Assembly (NCBI GenBank): GCA_964016885.1
Contig: OZ024740.1
Coordinates: forward strand, 294,748,001-294,812,000
Origin: Eledone cirrhosa
Lineage: Eukaryota
DNA: 64,000 bases
Direction of reading: 5' to 3'
The notes under the pieces were generated by a model, which saw only the letters and a list, made by a program, of their open reading frames with translations, was not told the DNA's origin and did no database searches. The position numbers and the translations under genes were made by a program. Shown piece after piece: positions 1-11,469 of this stretch (within the stretch, counting starts at the first letter, position 1; each line of letters starts with the position of its first letter).

Positions 1-72
1 GTCACACCGACTTGCATAAATTAGGTGACAGCTTGAATATCGATCGGATTGATCAGAGAGAGTCGAAAATAG

Positions 73-188
73 TTGTTTCTACTTTTGGCACAAGGCCAGC
101 AATTACTGGTACTTTATTTTATCGACCCCGTAAGGACGAAAGGCAAAATTGACCTCGGCGGGATTTAACTCAGAATGGAAAAGGCTGA
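73..188 (-). mobile_element. 5'-truncated tRNA-derived SINE (Meta-domain type) with 16-bp TSD
   Basis: Minus strand reads box-B-like gagttaaatccc, then gcctttcgtccttacggggtcgataaaataaagtaccag (Meta-domain-like), then the tail ggccttgtgccaaaagtagaaac. Flanked by the direct repeat gagagagtcgaaaata at 56-71 and 189-204. Confidence 0.8.
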
Positions 189-240
189 GAGAGAGTCGAA
201 AATAATGTTTCGATAATAGATTTTCCCATATCTCAGAGAG

Positions 241-640
241 AAAGATTCCAGCCTGTGGCGTTCGAGACGTTTGGTGAAATAGGGCCTCTGACAGAAGTTC
301 TTGTCTTTACTGGCGATTCACCTTACTGAGGTGTCTGGTGATGTCCGTGAGGGTACCTGGTTATTTCAGTGCCTTAGCCTCGCCATCACCCGTGGTAATG
401 CTGCGAGCGTGTTGGCTTCCTTGAAAGTGTGCAGGTTGGCTTGCCTAAGATGTGAGGTGCGGCCGATTATCACACTTGGTGGTGAATTGGCCCCCCACCC
501 CCTCTTTTTTTCTTTCCTTTATCATTTTTGTTCAATGAATTTATATTATTGTGTTATTATACACGGTTTAGACATTATATTTATCCTTTTGAACGAATTA
601 CGAACAATTTATATTGTTATTTATGTATATATTTAAAACA
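241..640 (+). mobile_element. 3' fragment of CRE-clade non-LTR retrotransposon (RLE tail plus 3' UTR)
   Basis: Frameshifted RFQPVAFETFGEIGP/..REGTWLFQCLSLAITRGNAASVL matches the typical CRE restriction-like endonuclease C-terminus. Confidence 0.8.
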
Positions 641-1683
641 TTTGCAACGTTATTCTACTGTAAATTTATACAACTGTATTTGACTGATACTTTTTACCAG
701 CCTTGGAAAGATGAAATGAAATAGAATTGCGTCAGCAAAATAGAGTACCAGTAAAGTGCTGGATCAGTTTAATCGTCTTTCTCCTCCACCTATTATTAAA
801 TACACACTCATTTTATTATTTTGCTGGGCTATTCAACCATAAAACGTAATAAAATTACCAATGAAATACTGGATCAATGAAGTGGTCAAAATTGTGGCCT
901 TGTGCCGATGTCAAAAATTATTTATTTTAAAATAGCTTTTTAAAATGTTTGTTAGTCTCTCGTATGATACTCAATAATTTTCCCGAATTATGGGAAAAAC
1001 ATGATTTTTTTGTGAAGATCACGTAACATTTTGTAAATAGTGAAAACATGAAATATATTTTTTAGTATTGAATCGTGAGGCCCAAGAAAGCTTATTAGTT
1101 ATATTTTTTAAGCACTCGCCAAATTCCGCTCATACGATATTGTTGGCCAACCCAGTGGTAGAAGACTCCACGCTGTGGAGTCGAACTCAAGCTCCTTAAC
1201 CACACAGCAATGCATGTACCCCCCCCCCCCCCAACACATATAACCGTGTTTTCCGTTTTATTAGAAATAGTTCATTTAGAGAGGTAACTGTATTTTATTT
1301 AGATTAGTCAATTATTGAAGTATTAAATAGAATTGTTCCTAATTTAGGCTCAACGCCAGCAATTTTAGCGAAAGAGAAAATCGATTAAATCGGCTCCAGT
1401 ACGTGACTCAAACTTTATTATTACTCCAGCAGGATGAAGGTTGGTTTTATCAACTTTGCCCATCCTCCAAATTTGCCTGCCTTATGCCTAAAATAGAAAT
1501 CATTATTTAGTTTGAGGAGGATGAGCAGCATCTGTGGCCTTTGCAGGCACTCCCAAACGGGTGAGGTCGATGCAGTTGATACTATGCGACTTGGAATTCT
1601 GTAGGTTGATGCAGGGAGAAAAAAACAAACTAATAAACAAGCTAACAACGGTGTTCTTGTGACGTGGCAAGCAAGATATAGCA

Positions 1684-1785
1684 CAGGTCCGTCGCCAGAC
1701 GTTTTTTTTTTTAATATAAACTATTTTCTAAATCTAAGGGTGCACCATTGAAAATTAGTGGGCTGTGTCATCCAGTGCTCCAGCC
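1684..1785 (+). mobile_element. MITE fragment (Harbinger/hAT-like end), paralogue of 28753-28960
   Basis: Starts caggtccgtcgccag and shares aaatct..gggtgcac.attgaaaa..agtgggc.gtg.catccagtgc with the 28.8-kb copy. Confidence 0.5.
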
Positions 1786-1789
1786 ACCT

Positions 1790-2640
1790 TCCTTGGCAAA
1801 AGGGGTGTTTGGGCGTGTCATATTAGTGTTGATGAAAGGAGGGAAAATATTCCTGCATCGAGTAAACTTTGGTGGAGGGCAGTTCTCTAGTTCGCAGAAG
1901 TCATTGTAAAAAGATAAAAAAGACGCATATGTGGGTATTGCGTGTTGACGAATAGAACTTTGCCAATGAGCAAGGGAGGTCTTTTTTGTGAGATGCAGTT
2001 TGGAATATGTGAGTGTAGCAGCTGTGCTGTCTCAGACATTTGAATGGTACTATAATGCTGGTTACATTTGGGTTTTGCAGAGACAGAAATTTAATCTGGG
2101 TTTCGGTTTTGGCAATATGAGATTCCCCTGAAAGATCATTTAATACTATAGCCTATTTAAGGATTCTATTACGCTGTACCAATAAAAAGTATATGGGTAG
2201 CTTCTGAATAATTTTGTAGCCTTTGTGTATAGGATGTTAATGTGCTCTTCTACAACAACTATGCTAACCTTTTAATCATAGATTCATCCCTCCCATCTTT
2301 TATCTTATTCTTTCCTATATCTAATTGGTTAGTCTTTCTTTTGGAGTTTAACCACATTTGCCCGTTTAAACAAGTAAAACTACGAGCCGATGCGAGAGCC
2401 TTTATATGGACGCTCGACGTGCTAGAAACAGCAGTAAAATTTATCTCGAACTCTCATCGTTTTAAACAAGGGAGATAGTGGTATTGGGTTAAATGGTGGT
2501 AGTGATGTTGTATTAGATGGTGGTGGTGTGTTAGACGGTGGTTGTATAAAAGATGAGTCATGGATTGAATGCTTTCTATCGTAGGTTTGTTCAGTTAGGG
2601 TTGACATCAATAAATATGGTAACTTTTCCTCACCAAGTAA
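1790..2640 (-). mobile_element. Highly decayed Penelope-like element (RT thumb to GIY-YIG)
   Basis: Frameshifted motifs resemble FLDV, SNHPP (here SNTPP), KAL..G, ISYC and SHI...W.S..C.LE, in the expected order. Confidence 0.3.
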
Positions 2641-2787
2641 TTATTTTCATTTAATTTTATAATACTCACTACATTAATTATGTTAACGCCCACTTTTTTC
2701 CATGTGATTTATGTGGTTTATTTCTTAAATACAATAAAATATAATTATTATTATTTTACAAAAAATATTGAAGAATCTAATATTTAG

Positions 2788-3818
2788 GAGCCTCAACTTG
2801 TTATAAGCTTTTAAGTGTCTTGTGATCAACTTAGCTGCTCTGAACATGACTGCTTTCAGTCTCACGGAGGGGGGAACACTTTTTTAAATTCAAAGAGGAG
2901 TTCAGATATTTATGGACCACTCTTTAGCAATCCAGACATCGAACCGATCTACAGAAAAAACCATCCCTTACGGGCCTCGATGGGAAGAAGTAATTGTATG
3001 CAATAAGGATATTAAAGCCACAATGTTCTATTTAACTTCTCATAATTCCTGTTACATTTCTTATAGATTATTGAAGTGTAAGTTAGGATTGCTAGTGGTG
3101 ATGAATCTACAAGCCATTTGAGTTGTTGCAGTATATACGAAAGACTGTCTTCAAGCAGCATATATAGTACTTTCAGTTTTCAACTACTTATGATTACATG
3201 ATACGAACCATCAACCTTTTTGTCTGCCTGTCAGATCTCTGACCCACACGTATAACTGTAAACCTATCCCCCCCCCCCCCCCCAAAAAAAAACAGGAGAA
3301 ATGAGTGTGTACAAAATGCCCATTTTTTGTGAGTTTTTAAACGATTTAACTGCTATAAAAATAAATGAATAAGAAAATAAGGAAGTTTTCATCAGCATCT
3401 GCTACGCTTCATGCAAGCACTGATAAATACAAACTGAAGGTTAGCTTGACCGCAAAACTAGAAGGCAGCTTTTTTACTATTTTTAGTACGAAATGTACAT
3501 TGACTTATTGGATCATAAGTTGAGAGAAACAAATGAGAAATTATTTTGTAGTAATTTATTTAAATTGCTTCTTTTAATGTTTATAATGCAGTAGTCTATC
3601 ACATCAATGTTTAACCTACCGAAATATTTATATTTCGGTAAATATCAACAAGTACTTTTTCGACAGTACATTACTTAAATGGGAACAATTTATAAAATTT
3701 TATTGTTGTTTTATTTATACCACTGTTGGAGTAATTGTCGAGTTTTATTTGTTACAACTGTCAAAAACATACTTTATATTTCATACGTAGATTTCATTAA
3801 AAAAAAAAAAAAAAAAAT

Positions 3819-3870
<52 letters not shown>

Positions 3871-5660
3871 CACATTTTCACATATTGACAAGTTTCACTA
3901 GCGCTAAAACGACCTAAAACATTTTCTGTCCAATGAAATTAATAATAAGAAGGAATATCTCGGTCAGATCACATAATTTCTTCTCTTTACTTCAGCTCTT
4001 CGTTTAACTATTTTCCAGCTTCATGTATATACACTTTCCCACTCACAACATATGTGCAGCACAGACATTTTAAGGATTACATTTAGATTGTACGAAGGCT
4101 ACATGTTTACATATTTAAACTTAATATTGATGGAGATACAAATAACATATGATAGATAAATCTAGAATGGGCGTGCTCGCGCGCGTGTCTGTATGTGTAT
4201 AAATGTGTGTATGTGTGTATATATATGTATGAGTATGTATTTGTACGTGTTTTTGTTTGTGTGTGTATGTGTCTTTTTGTAGATGTTTTGTATGTTTGTA
4301 AGTGTGTGTGTGTGTGTGTGTGAATGTCTTTGTGATACTTTCTTCTCGTTCGCAGTCACGCGCACAAAATATACGTTACCATAATACAAATGTCTATGAT
4401 ACACATCAAATGTTTTTACTCTTATTCACACCATACTCTAAAGCCTATCCTAGATATTCTACATCCTCTTTTCTTCAAATACTACACTACAAATCTATTT
4501 TTATTGTATAAGCTTTTTCCGTTTCTTTCATCATCTTTATGACCAAAAGTAAACTTGTTGATATGGTTTCAATTACAAGCTCATACCACATGCATTCAAA
4601 TGACAATCCCACATTTTTATAATTAATGAAGTGTATTTATAATATTTTTATCTGGCTTAGTCAAACGAGGAAGGGCAACTATCATCAACTTTTTGCAGGG
4701 CTTCTGAAGCTAGTGAAGTAAAGAAAAGAAACGAGAAAGCTGGTCCGAATGCTAGCAATAAAGTAGATTCGGCTAAAGGAACCCAAGAACCAGGTGGTCT
4801 TGTTAAACAGGGCAATAGATTAAGTCTATACATTCATTTAAATGGTCATCTTTCAGCATGAAAAGATTAATCAATAAACATGAATTTATATAAATTCTTG
4901 CAAAACAAAAAAAAAAAAATCATTTAGAACGTTTGGAATGACAGGCTCAACCAGTACCTCCAATAACAGGGACTGTAAAATAGGTTTCGTTAGAATTTTG
5001 AAGATGAAATGTGTGTTTTAAACAAATATTGCCTTCAAAACATTAAATTACTTGTTTTCTGTGTTACGCTCACCCGAGAACTTCATAATGATCGTCCAGG
5101 AGATGGGTGTGATAATAAAAATTAACCCATTTGAAATCGAAGTCTAATCGTTATTAATATTTACTATATTTAGAGGGAAGTTTAGCCTATGACTTAATAG
5201 AAAATGTATATCAACCACACTTCAATTGTTGATGTAAATGGAAAACTTTTAGTTAATAAACAAAATAGAACAAAATAAATAAAATATGGAACATAGAATC
5301 TTACCGAAACCTCAAAAAATATATCAGTAAACATCGTGAGAAAGTGCCAGAACTTTTTGTCATACAGTACTCTATTGTGTTACCGAACTGTTATGAAAAG
5401 ACAATGTGACTTTCCTAAAACTTGAAGTTGTGCAGATTATAATAAAACATGCTTATGGATGAACATTGCCGGAAAGAGTTCTAATATAGGTGCGGTATAG
5501 ATTGTTAAAAAGAAGAGAAACACGATAGATTCGACATTTTGTCTTGTAATATCAAGATGATTTCCGTACATTAAGGAGTATCGGATATCCTTTTTCGTGA
5601 TGTCACTTTTATCATCATTATTCGAAATCATAGTGGACATTGTCTCGTCATTAAGCATAA
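2788..5660 (+). pseudogene. Decayed multi-CUB-domain gene remnants
   Basis: CUB-like peptides: QLVISF*..SCSEHDCFQSHGGG (2788), VRIASGDESTSHLSCC (~3082), AGPNASNKVDSAKGTQEPGGLVKQGNRLSLYIHLNG (~4739-4845), QY/PNNRDC (~4953), IIKINPFEIE (~5111) and YNKTCLWMNIA (~5438). Stops and frameshifts are present. Confidence 0.35.
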
Positions 5661-5959
5661 GTAAATTCATTTTGTTATTTTTGTACGCGGAAATGTTTAG
5701 TAAGTGCTAGCTAATACTATAATGACAAGACATTTTATTTAAGGTTTTATCACTTTATTACTCAACTGACATTCGTTTTGCTCGAAATTGCCAGGATTAA
5801 TAAAATATATTATTCTAGTAAAGGTACTCAGCGTTCCCCGAGTGCTGAAAATATAGATTTTTTTTCTTTCTTGTTTGTTTAACCTAAATGACTTAGCAAG
5901 TTTACCGATTAACAAACATTCACTTACAGTCTCGGTAACACACATACACTGGCTTGCAA

Positions 5960-6290
5960 TTATTGGTCTGGATATTACTGATGGCTGGAAAGTAATGAAG
6001 CATACGTGATTTGCTGGATGTGTAATGTGTATGAGTGCATGAACGGCAGAGTACAAGTGAGCTGAAAAATATAAGAGGAATCAGATGTAGAGTATAATAG
6101 AGACGACTGCGCTGGTACTGACATGTGATGTGTATGGAGAATGACAGTTGTATGAAGAAGTGCCGTACGCTTGACGTGGATGAAACCTGTGGAAGATGGT
6201 GATTAAGGAATACACGTGACAAAGTGGTGAAGACTGATTTCAAGAAAGATGACTGGGCGGTACGCTATGCTAAAGAAGACCCTGACACTG
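5960..6290 (+). mobile_element. RTE-clade LINE 3' fragment
   Basis: RRLRWY*HVMCMENDSCMKKCRTLDVDETCGRW..DKVVKTD is the RTE post-RT motif. Confidence 0.7.
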
Positions 6291-6419
6291 GCACATATAC
6301 AGCGACATGGTGTCTAAAATTAAAGGTGGTGATGTGAGCGGAAGTTAGGATTTATTCACAACCTCCTTTTTAATGACCTGGGTATGATATCTACTTCACC
6401 ATTTTGATTGAATAATAAA

Positions 6420-7018
6420 GAGACGGCATCTGGTTGGTCCGTCACCAACTCCTCAATCAAAATCCCCCCACCGCCTTCTTTTGGCCGGGAAGGGTAAGCA
6501 GTTTTCTTCTGTCTAGTGGCGGTAGCAAAAGAGGTTGTGTGGTGGACCAGGTTGAAAGGACTGAAGACAGACACTTTTCTCTTCGACCAATCCCTCATCA
6601 GCTTTTTCAAGTTTAACTTGGAAAGGAAGGTGAAGTTGGAGAGAGAAGTGCTGCCTCCAGTACATTTGCTGAAAGGTCGGTGAATGTTGCAAGAATGGTT
6701 CGTGTTGACATCTCCAGAGTCGTAAAACTCAAGCCAGTTTGGACTCCGAGCATGCGACTGTAGGCTGGTTGATTTGAGGAGGAGAGGGATGCAATTTCTG
6801 GGTGCTCTCGAAGCGTTGAGTAGTTCAGGATTGGTGGGGTACCAGAGTCACCCCTGGGTGGTTCTCCTCCCCATTGAGGAATTTGTATTGTTATAATTAT
6901 ATTGTTTATTGTTATTGTTTTTATATTGTTTACTCGATTTTTCTCTAATACGCCCACTATCCCCATCTATTGTATTGTACCCTATATGTGGGCCCTTGTA
7001 GCCAATAAAGAAATTATT
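6420..7018 (+). mobile_element. Tx1/L1-like LINE 3' end
   Basis: VAVAKEVVWWTRLKGLK..SLISFFKFNLERKVKLERE/..FAERSVNVARM. The 3' UTR ends cccttgtagccaataaagaaatt. Homologous to 36905-37195 and 63608-64000. Confidence 0.7.
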
Positions 7019-7134
7019 GTTATAGTTAATAAGCATTGTGAGATATGTAATAAAAGACCGATAAGTTTCAAAAAGCCGGTGCAATGCGGTCAAAAATATG
7101 AAGGGCAAAAGAAATCTATCCCTCATGGGCAGTA

Positions 7135-9390
7135 ACAAAAACCACAACTATCTCCAAACTGCTCACTTTGACTGGAATAAAGCAGACTGGAACTGTTACT
7201 GCACCGAGCTGCAACGTTGAAACTGGCTTGAGTTTTACGACTCTGGAGATGTCAACACTGTACTCCAGAACATCTTGAACTCAATATGGACAGCACGTGC
7301 AGCATCGGTGCCACGTAAGCAGAAAAAACATCCCAAAAGTGCAATTTGGGAGACTGCAGCAGTCCGTCTTGACAGAAAAGAACGTCGTAAAGCTGAACGT
7401 GAGTACAAACTGCACAAATCAGATATCAGTAGGAAAAAGCGAAATAAATCATCCAACCATTTCAAGCAGGTGACAAAAAAGGCAGCGCTTCAATTTGAGC
7501 AGCGCATAGCAACCAGCCCTGACAGTAAGGTGTTCTGGAAGTATGTTCACTCAAAGCAGAGGCCCCACTCTCTTGTTGGTCCTCTTCGCAATCCCCACAC
7601 GAGCCAGGTTACTGACGACCCCAAGGAATGCGCAGAACTCATTGCTGAGTGCTATGCAGGCATTTTCACTATTGTGTACCAGAGTGTACCGTTTCCACCA
7701 CCTCTGACATCGGATTCTATTACAACTATGGAATTTACACCTACAATGCTAAGACGTCACCTTAAAAAAAAATGCAACCATGCCTCTCCTGGTCTTGATG
7801 GTGTTACGTACCTGCTTCTCAAACGTTGTGGGTACTTACTTTTGCACCAGCTATCAGGCTTTTTCCAATTCTGTCTGAACAATGGTGCCATTCCAGAACA
7901 GTGGAAAACTGCCAGTGTCATTCCTCTGTTCAAAACAGGTGACTGCCCATCAACTATCAACTATCATGCTGTCAGTCTTACTAGCTGCATTGCCAAACTG
8001 ATGGAATCCTGTGTCAGAGAAACGCTTTTGAACTTCTGGAACTCTTATAGTCTTATCTGGCCCTCGCAATTTGGATTTATCCCTAACTCCAGCTGCTGTG
8101 ATCAACTTATCGAGTTTCTTGAAGACATCACCCGGATCACGGATGGCGGGTCATGGGTGGATGTTGTTTACCTTGACTTTGCTAAAGCTTTCAATTCTGT
8201 GCCACACAAAAGACTTATGGCAAAACTCTCTGCAATGGGTGTGAAGGATGATCTTTTTAACTGGTTGAAGTTCTAGGACAGCATTCCTCACCATATGAGA
8301 TGTCATCTGGGGTACCACAGGGATCTGTTCTTGGCCTCCTTTTGTTTGTGGCATATATTAATGACATAGATGCCAACTTAAAGAATGCCACAGTACTGAA
8401 ATATGCAGATGACATCAAGCTGTACCTTGAGATAAAAAGAACAGATCCTGAACACTATAGATCTTGCCTGCAATCTGACCCGGACACAATGCAACAATGG
8501 ATCACGGACTGGCAACTCAAGCTGGCTGTGGACAAATGTACCACCACGCATTTTGGGAGTGAAAACCCGGCGTCCACATACTCCCTCCACAACACTTATA
8601 TCAAGAAGTCTTCTTGTGAACGTGACCTGGGTATTACTGTCAGCAGCGATTTGCGTTGGACGAAGCACGTCTCTAAAATTGTCAAGAAGGCCGAGGGTGT
8701 CTTAGCATCATTCAGCAAGACCTTTGTCAGCTACTCTCCAGCTATCTATTTAAAGCTGTATATAGCTATGGTGCGGCACTTAGAATTTGCATCACCAATC
8801 TGGAACCCCTATCTTGCTCAGAACATTGACCGCCTGGAAACTTGAGAGACGTGCAACCAAGCGAATACCCTCCATCAGGCATCTACCATACTCTGAACGC
8901 CTTGCTTCCCTGGGCATAGATACAATGAAGCTCCGACGTCTGACAACTGACTTGGTAAACACCCACAAAATTATTAACCATCTTGCCAACAACAACCCTG
9001 AGTACCTTTTTGATTTCCATGTGTCTAACACACGTGGGCATGCCAACAAAGTCAGAAAACAGCACAGCTCCCATGACTTTCGGAAAAATTTGTTCACGCT
9101 CAGAGTCGCTGAAGCACGGAACAAGCTCCCTGCATCAGTTGTTAGCTGCCGAGACACTGCATCCTTTAAAACCTCTATGTTTCCTGAGATTCGCCAACAC
9201 TATACCTAATACCCCCCCCCCCCCCCAACATACACACGCACACATGTATATCATGACTCATACACTATTCACTTCCCTGACATTTGTATATTATTCTATG
9301 TACTATACATGCACCTTTGATGAATTGTAGTGCACCTGAACACCGTACACAATAATTTCATCATCATTATTATTATTATTATTATTATTA
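7135..9390 (+). mobile_element. 5'-truncated CR1/L2-group LINE, disrupted RT (ORFs 7275-8276, 8300-8845, 8787-9209)
   Basis: Motifs SPGLDG, QFGF, YLDFAKAFNSVPH, SGVPQGSVLG, YADDIK, ERDLGI and TRGH..K, followed by an (ATT)n tail at ~9366-9390. Confidence 0.92.
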
Positions 9391-9559
9391 AATAAAACAA
9401 AACAAAGTAATGTTTTACCCAGTATATTTCAAATGTGAAACAAACAGTTCAAAACAAATCGAACGATCGATGTGCTCTTCCTCAACTCACCAATGTGTTT
9501 CCAATCTGTCTCTTTCTCTGTCTGTGTCTGTGTCTGCGCGCGCGCGCGCGCGCAGTGGG

Positions 9560-10380
9560 GGTCCGGTTGACGATAATGGCCTCTTTGATTCTTACTTAAA
9601 TTGCCTATATTCCTTTCCGCTGCTTCTGTGGTGACCTCAATGTCTTGGCTGCGGCATCTGTCAAGATGTTTTTAACAGAAGTAATTCTTGTTGTCATGTG
9701 CTCTTTCAGACATATGTGCAACATCCGGACGGTACTTCCGATGTACGAGGAGCTACATTTTTTAATATCTGACCTTGTAGACCACATATGTTCTCATGCA
9801 CACTTCTGCATTGTTGATGGGATAGTTAGGAAGTGTAAACATATCGTTGTATGTAGGTTGGAGTCTATGGAGGAGTCTCGTCCATGAAGGTCTCGAGTGG
9901 ACCAGCTGTATATTTTATTCCCTCCTTACAGATGGCTTGTCTGATGGCTGCGGTCGTCTTCTCATTGAAATATGGCAGTTTTAGGTAGCATATGTTATCA
10001 AAAGGGACACGTGTCCTTGTGCTTTTTATGTGTTCCGGCCTTGGCATTTCGATGTTTGGTGAGAGAAATAGGGTAGCTGTTTTCAGTAAGAACTCTTTCG
10101 AATTCCACCGTGCTGGTATGTCTGTCACTACTCTCGCTGCATAGGTTGCATATCCGGGAGATTTCATTCCATATATAGGCCATTTTGGCTCTGTAGAGAA
10201 GGCAGAATCATGGTGCATAAGAATGTTACTACAGATATTCCTCTTGTAAAATTTGGTGTATATGGATTCTTCCTTGGTGACTTTTGGTGCAAAGTCGACT
10301 AGAGAGAGGGATCCAGTGGTGTATTGGTGCTCAACCTTAAATTTCACGTGTGAGTGTGCGTCTACGTTTTCAAATCTTGC
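9560..10380 (-). mobile_element. Penelope-like element (RT thumb plus GIY-YIG), decayed
   Basis: FKVEH..GSLSLVDF, NILMHHDSA, YLKLPYFNE, CSSSYIGSTVRMLHICLKEH. Confidence 0.85.
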
Positions 10381-10490
10381 TGGAATGAGATCTCCCGGAT
10401 ACGCAACAGATGCAGCGAGGGTAGTGACAGACATAGCACGGTGATTTTCCAGACAGTACCCATCGAAAACGGTTGTCCTATCCGGCCGTT
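10381..10490 (+). mobile_element. Inverted partial Penelope segment abutting the 5'-truncated element
   Basis: 10381-10440 is a diverged reverse complement of ~10110-10171. Confidence 0.7.
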
Positions 10491-10683
10491 GAAATTATGT
10501 CAAAATTGGTAGGTACGACTGTGGTGGGATCCTTGACTAGTCAAAGAGGGTAGTAACTGAGTAAGAACAGAGTCCAAACCGTATCAGTCCGTTGAAGCCA
10601 CGTCGGAGAAGCCATATTGCAAAAAGAAAGAAGTGTAAAACATTTTCAACTATTCCTTCTGTACACAACAAATGAAACAAACA

Positions 10684-10724
10684 TCTTTACGCGTTTCAGC
10701 GATTACTGTCACTTCATCAAAAGA
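10684..10724 (-). ncRNA. Minimal type I hammerhead motif (Penelope-type), core C3>U
   Basis: tctt-TTGATGA-agtga cagtaa tcgct-GAAAC-gc-GTA-aaga, with palindromic stem III acgcgt. Confidence 0.65.
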
Positions 10725-11234
10725 CAGAGCCCCCCCCCCCCCCCATCCCATACACACACCTAATGTGATTCAGTATACAGAGAGAGACCTTGATAGCATC
10801 GCTTTTTAGGTCAAGCAAGCTATTGAACTTAATCTTAATGGCCAGTCTTATTTGAATAACATACACGTTTAGCAATTATGTGTGTGTGTGTGTACGTGTT
10901 CACATGTGTGCGCGCGCAGATACTTTGTGTGGTTAAAACACTAAGTTATTTTTTTTTAAATGGATCTTTTATTTTTAACCCTCTATTAACTCACAAATAT
11001 ATATTTGATCTTCTTTAATCATAGATATGTGTAGCTCGAAGTGTATTGTTTGGAAGTACTTGAGATTAAATGTACGATGTTGATTTTATTCACAAGGCAC
11101 AGCTGAGATATGACACACTGACTGGTATACAGTCTATCGCTCACTCCTACTTCCTCTTACTGTCTTTCTATTTTTATTACAAATATACAAATATAGTAAT
11201 AAAATTTAACTCTGTACATATTATTTTGAACATA

Positions 11235-11395
11235 ATTGTTTCTACTTTTTGGCACAGGGCCAGCAATTACGTAAGGATGAAAAGCAAAGTTAACCTCGGC
11301 GGGATTTGAACTCAGAATGGCAAGGGCCGTAACTATGCGTCAAAGCATGGCGTCCGACCCTCTACCGATACTACCAATCCACAGCCAATCGCCAT
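11235..11395 (-). mobile_element. Meta-domain tRNA-SINE (internally deleted)
   Basis: Same head (gagttcaaatcccgccgagg) and tail as the other copies. Confidence 0.8.
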
Positions 11396-11469
11396 ATTAT
11401 TTTGAACATAATGGAATCAAATTCCCATTGTCACTGCCGCCGTCTCTCTCGCTCTCCTCATCTCTCACT

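Noticed and set aside
4657-4833. 58-aa minus-strand ORF
   Set aside because: No recognisable motif; it is antisense to the better-supported CUB-like reading.
9455-9490. Possible hammerhead 3' of the 9.6-10.4 kb Penelope
   Set aside because: Only TGAGGA is recognisable; GAAA and stem III are absent.
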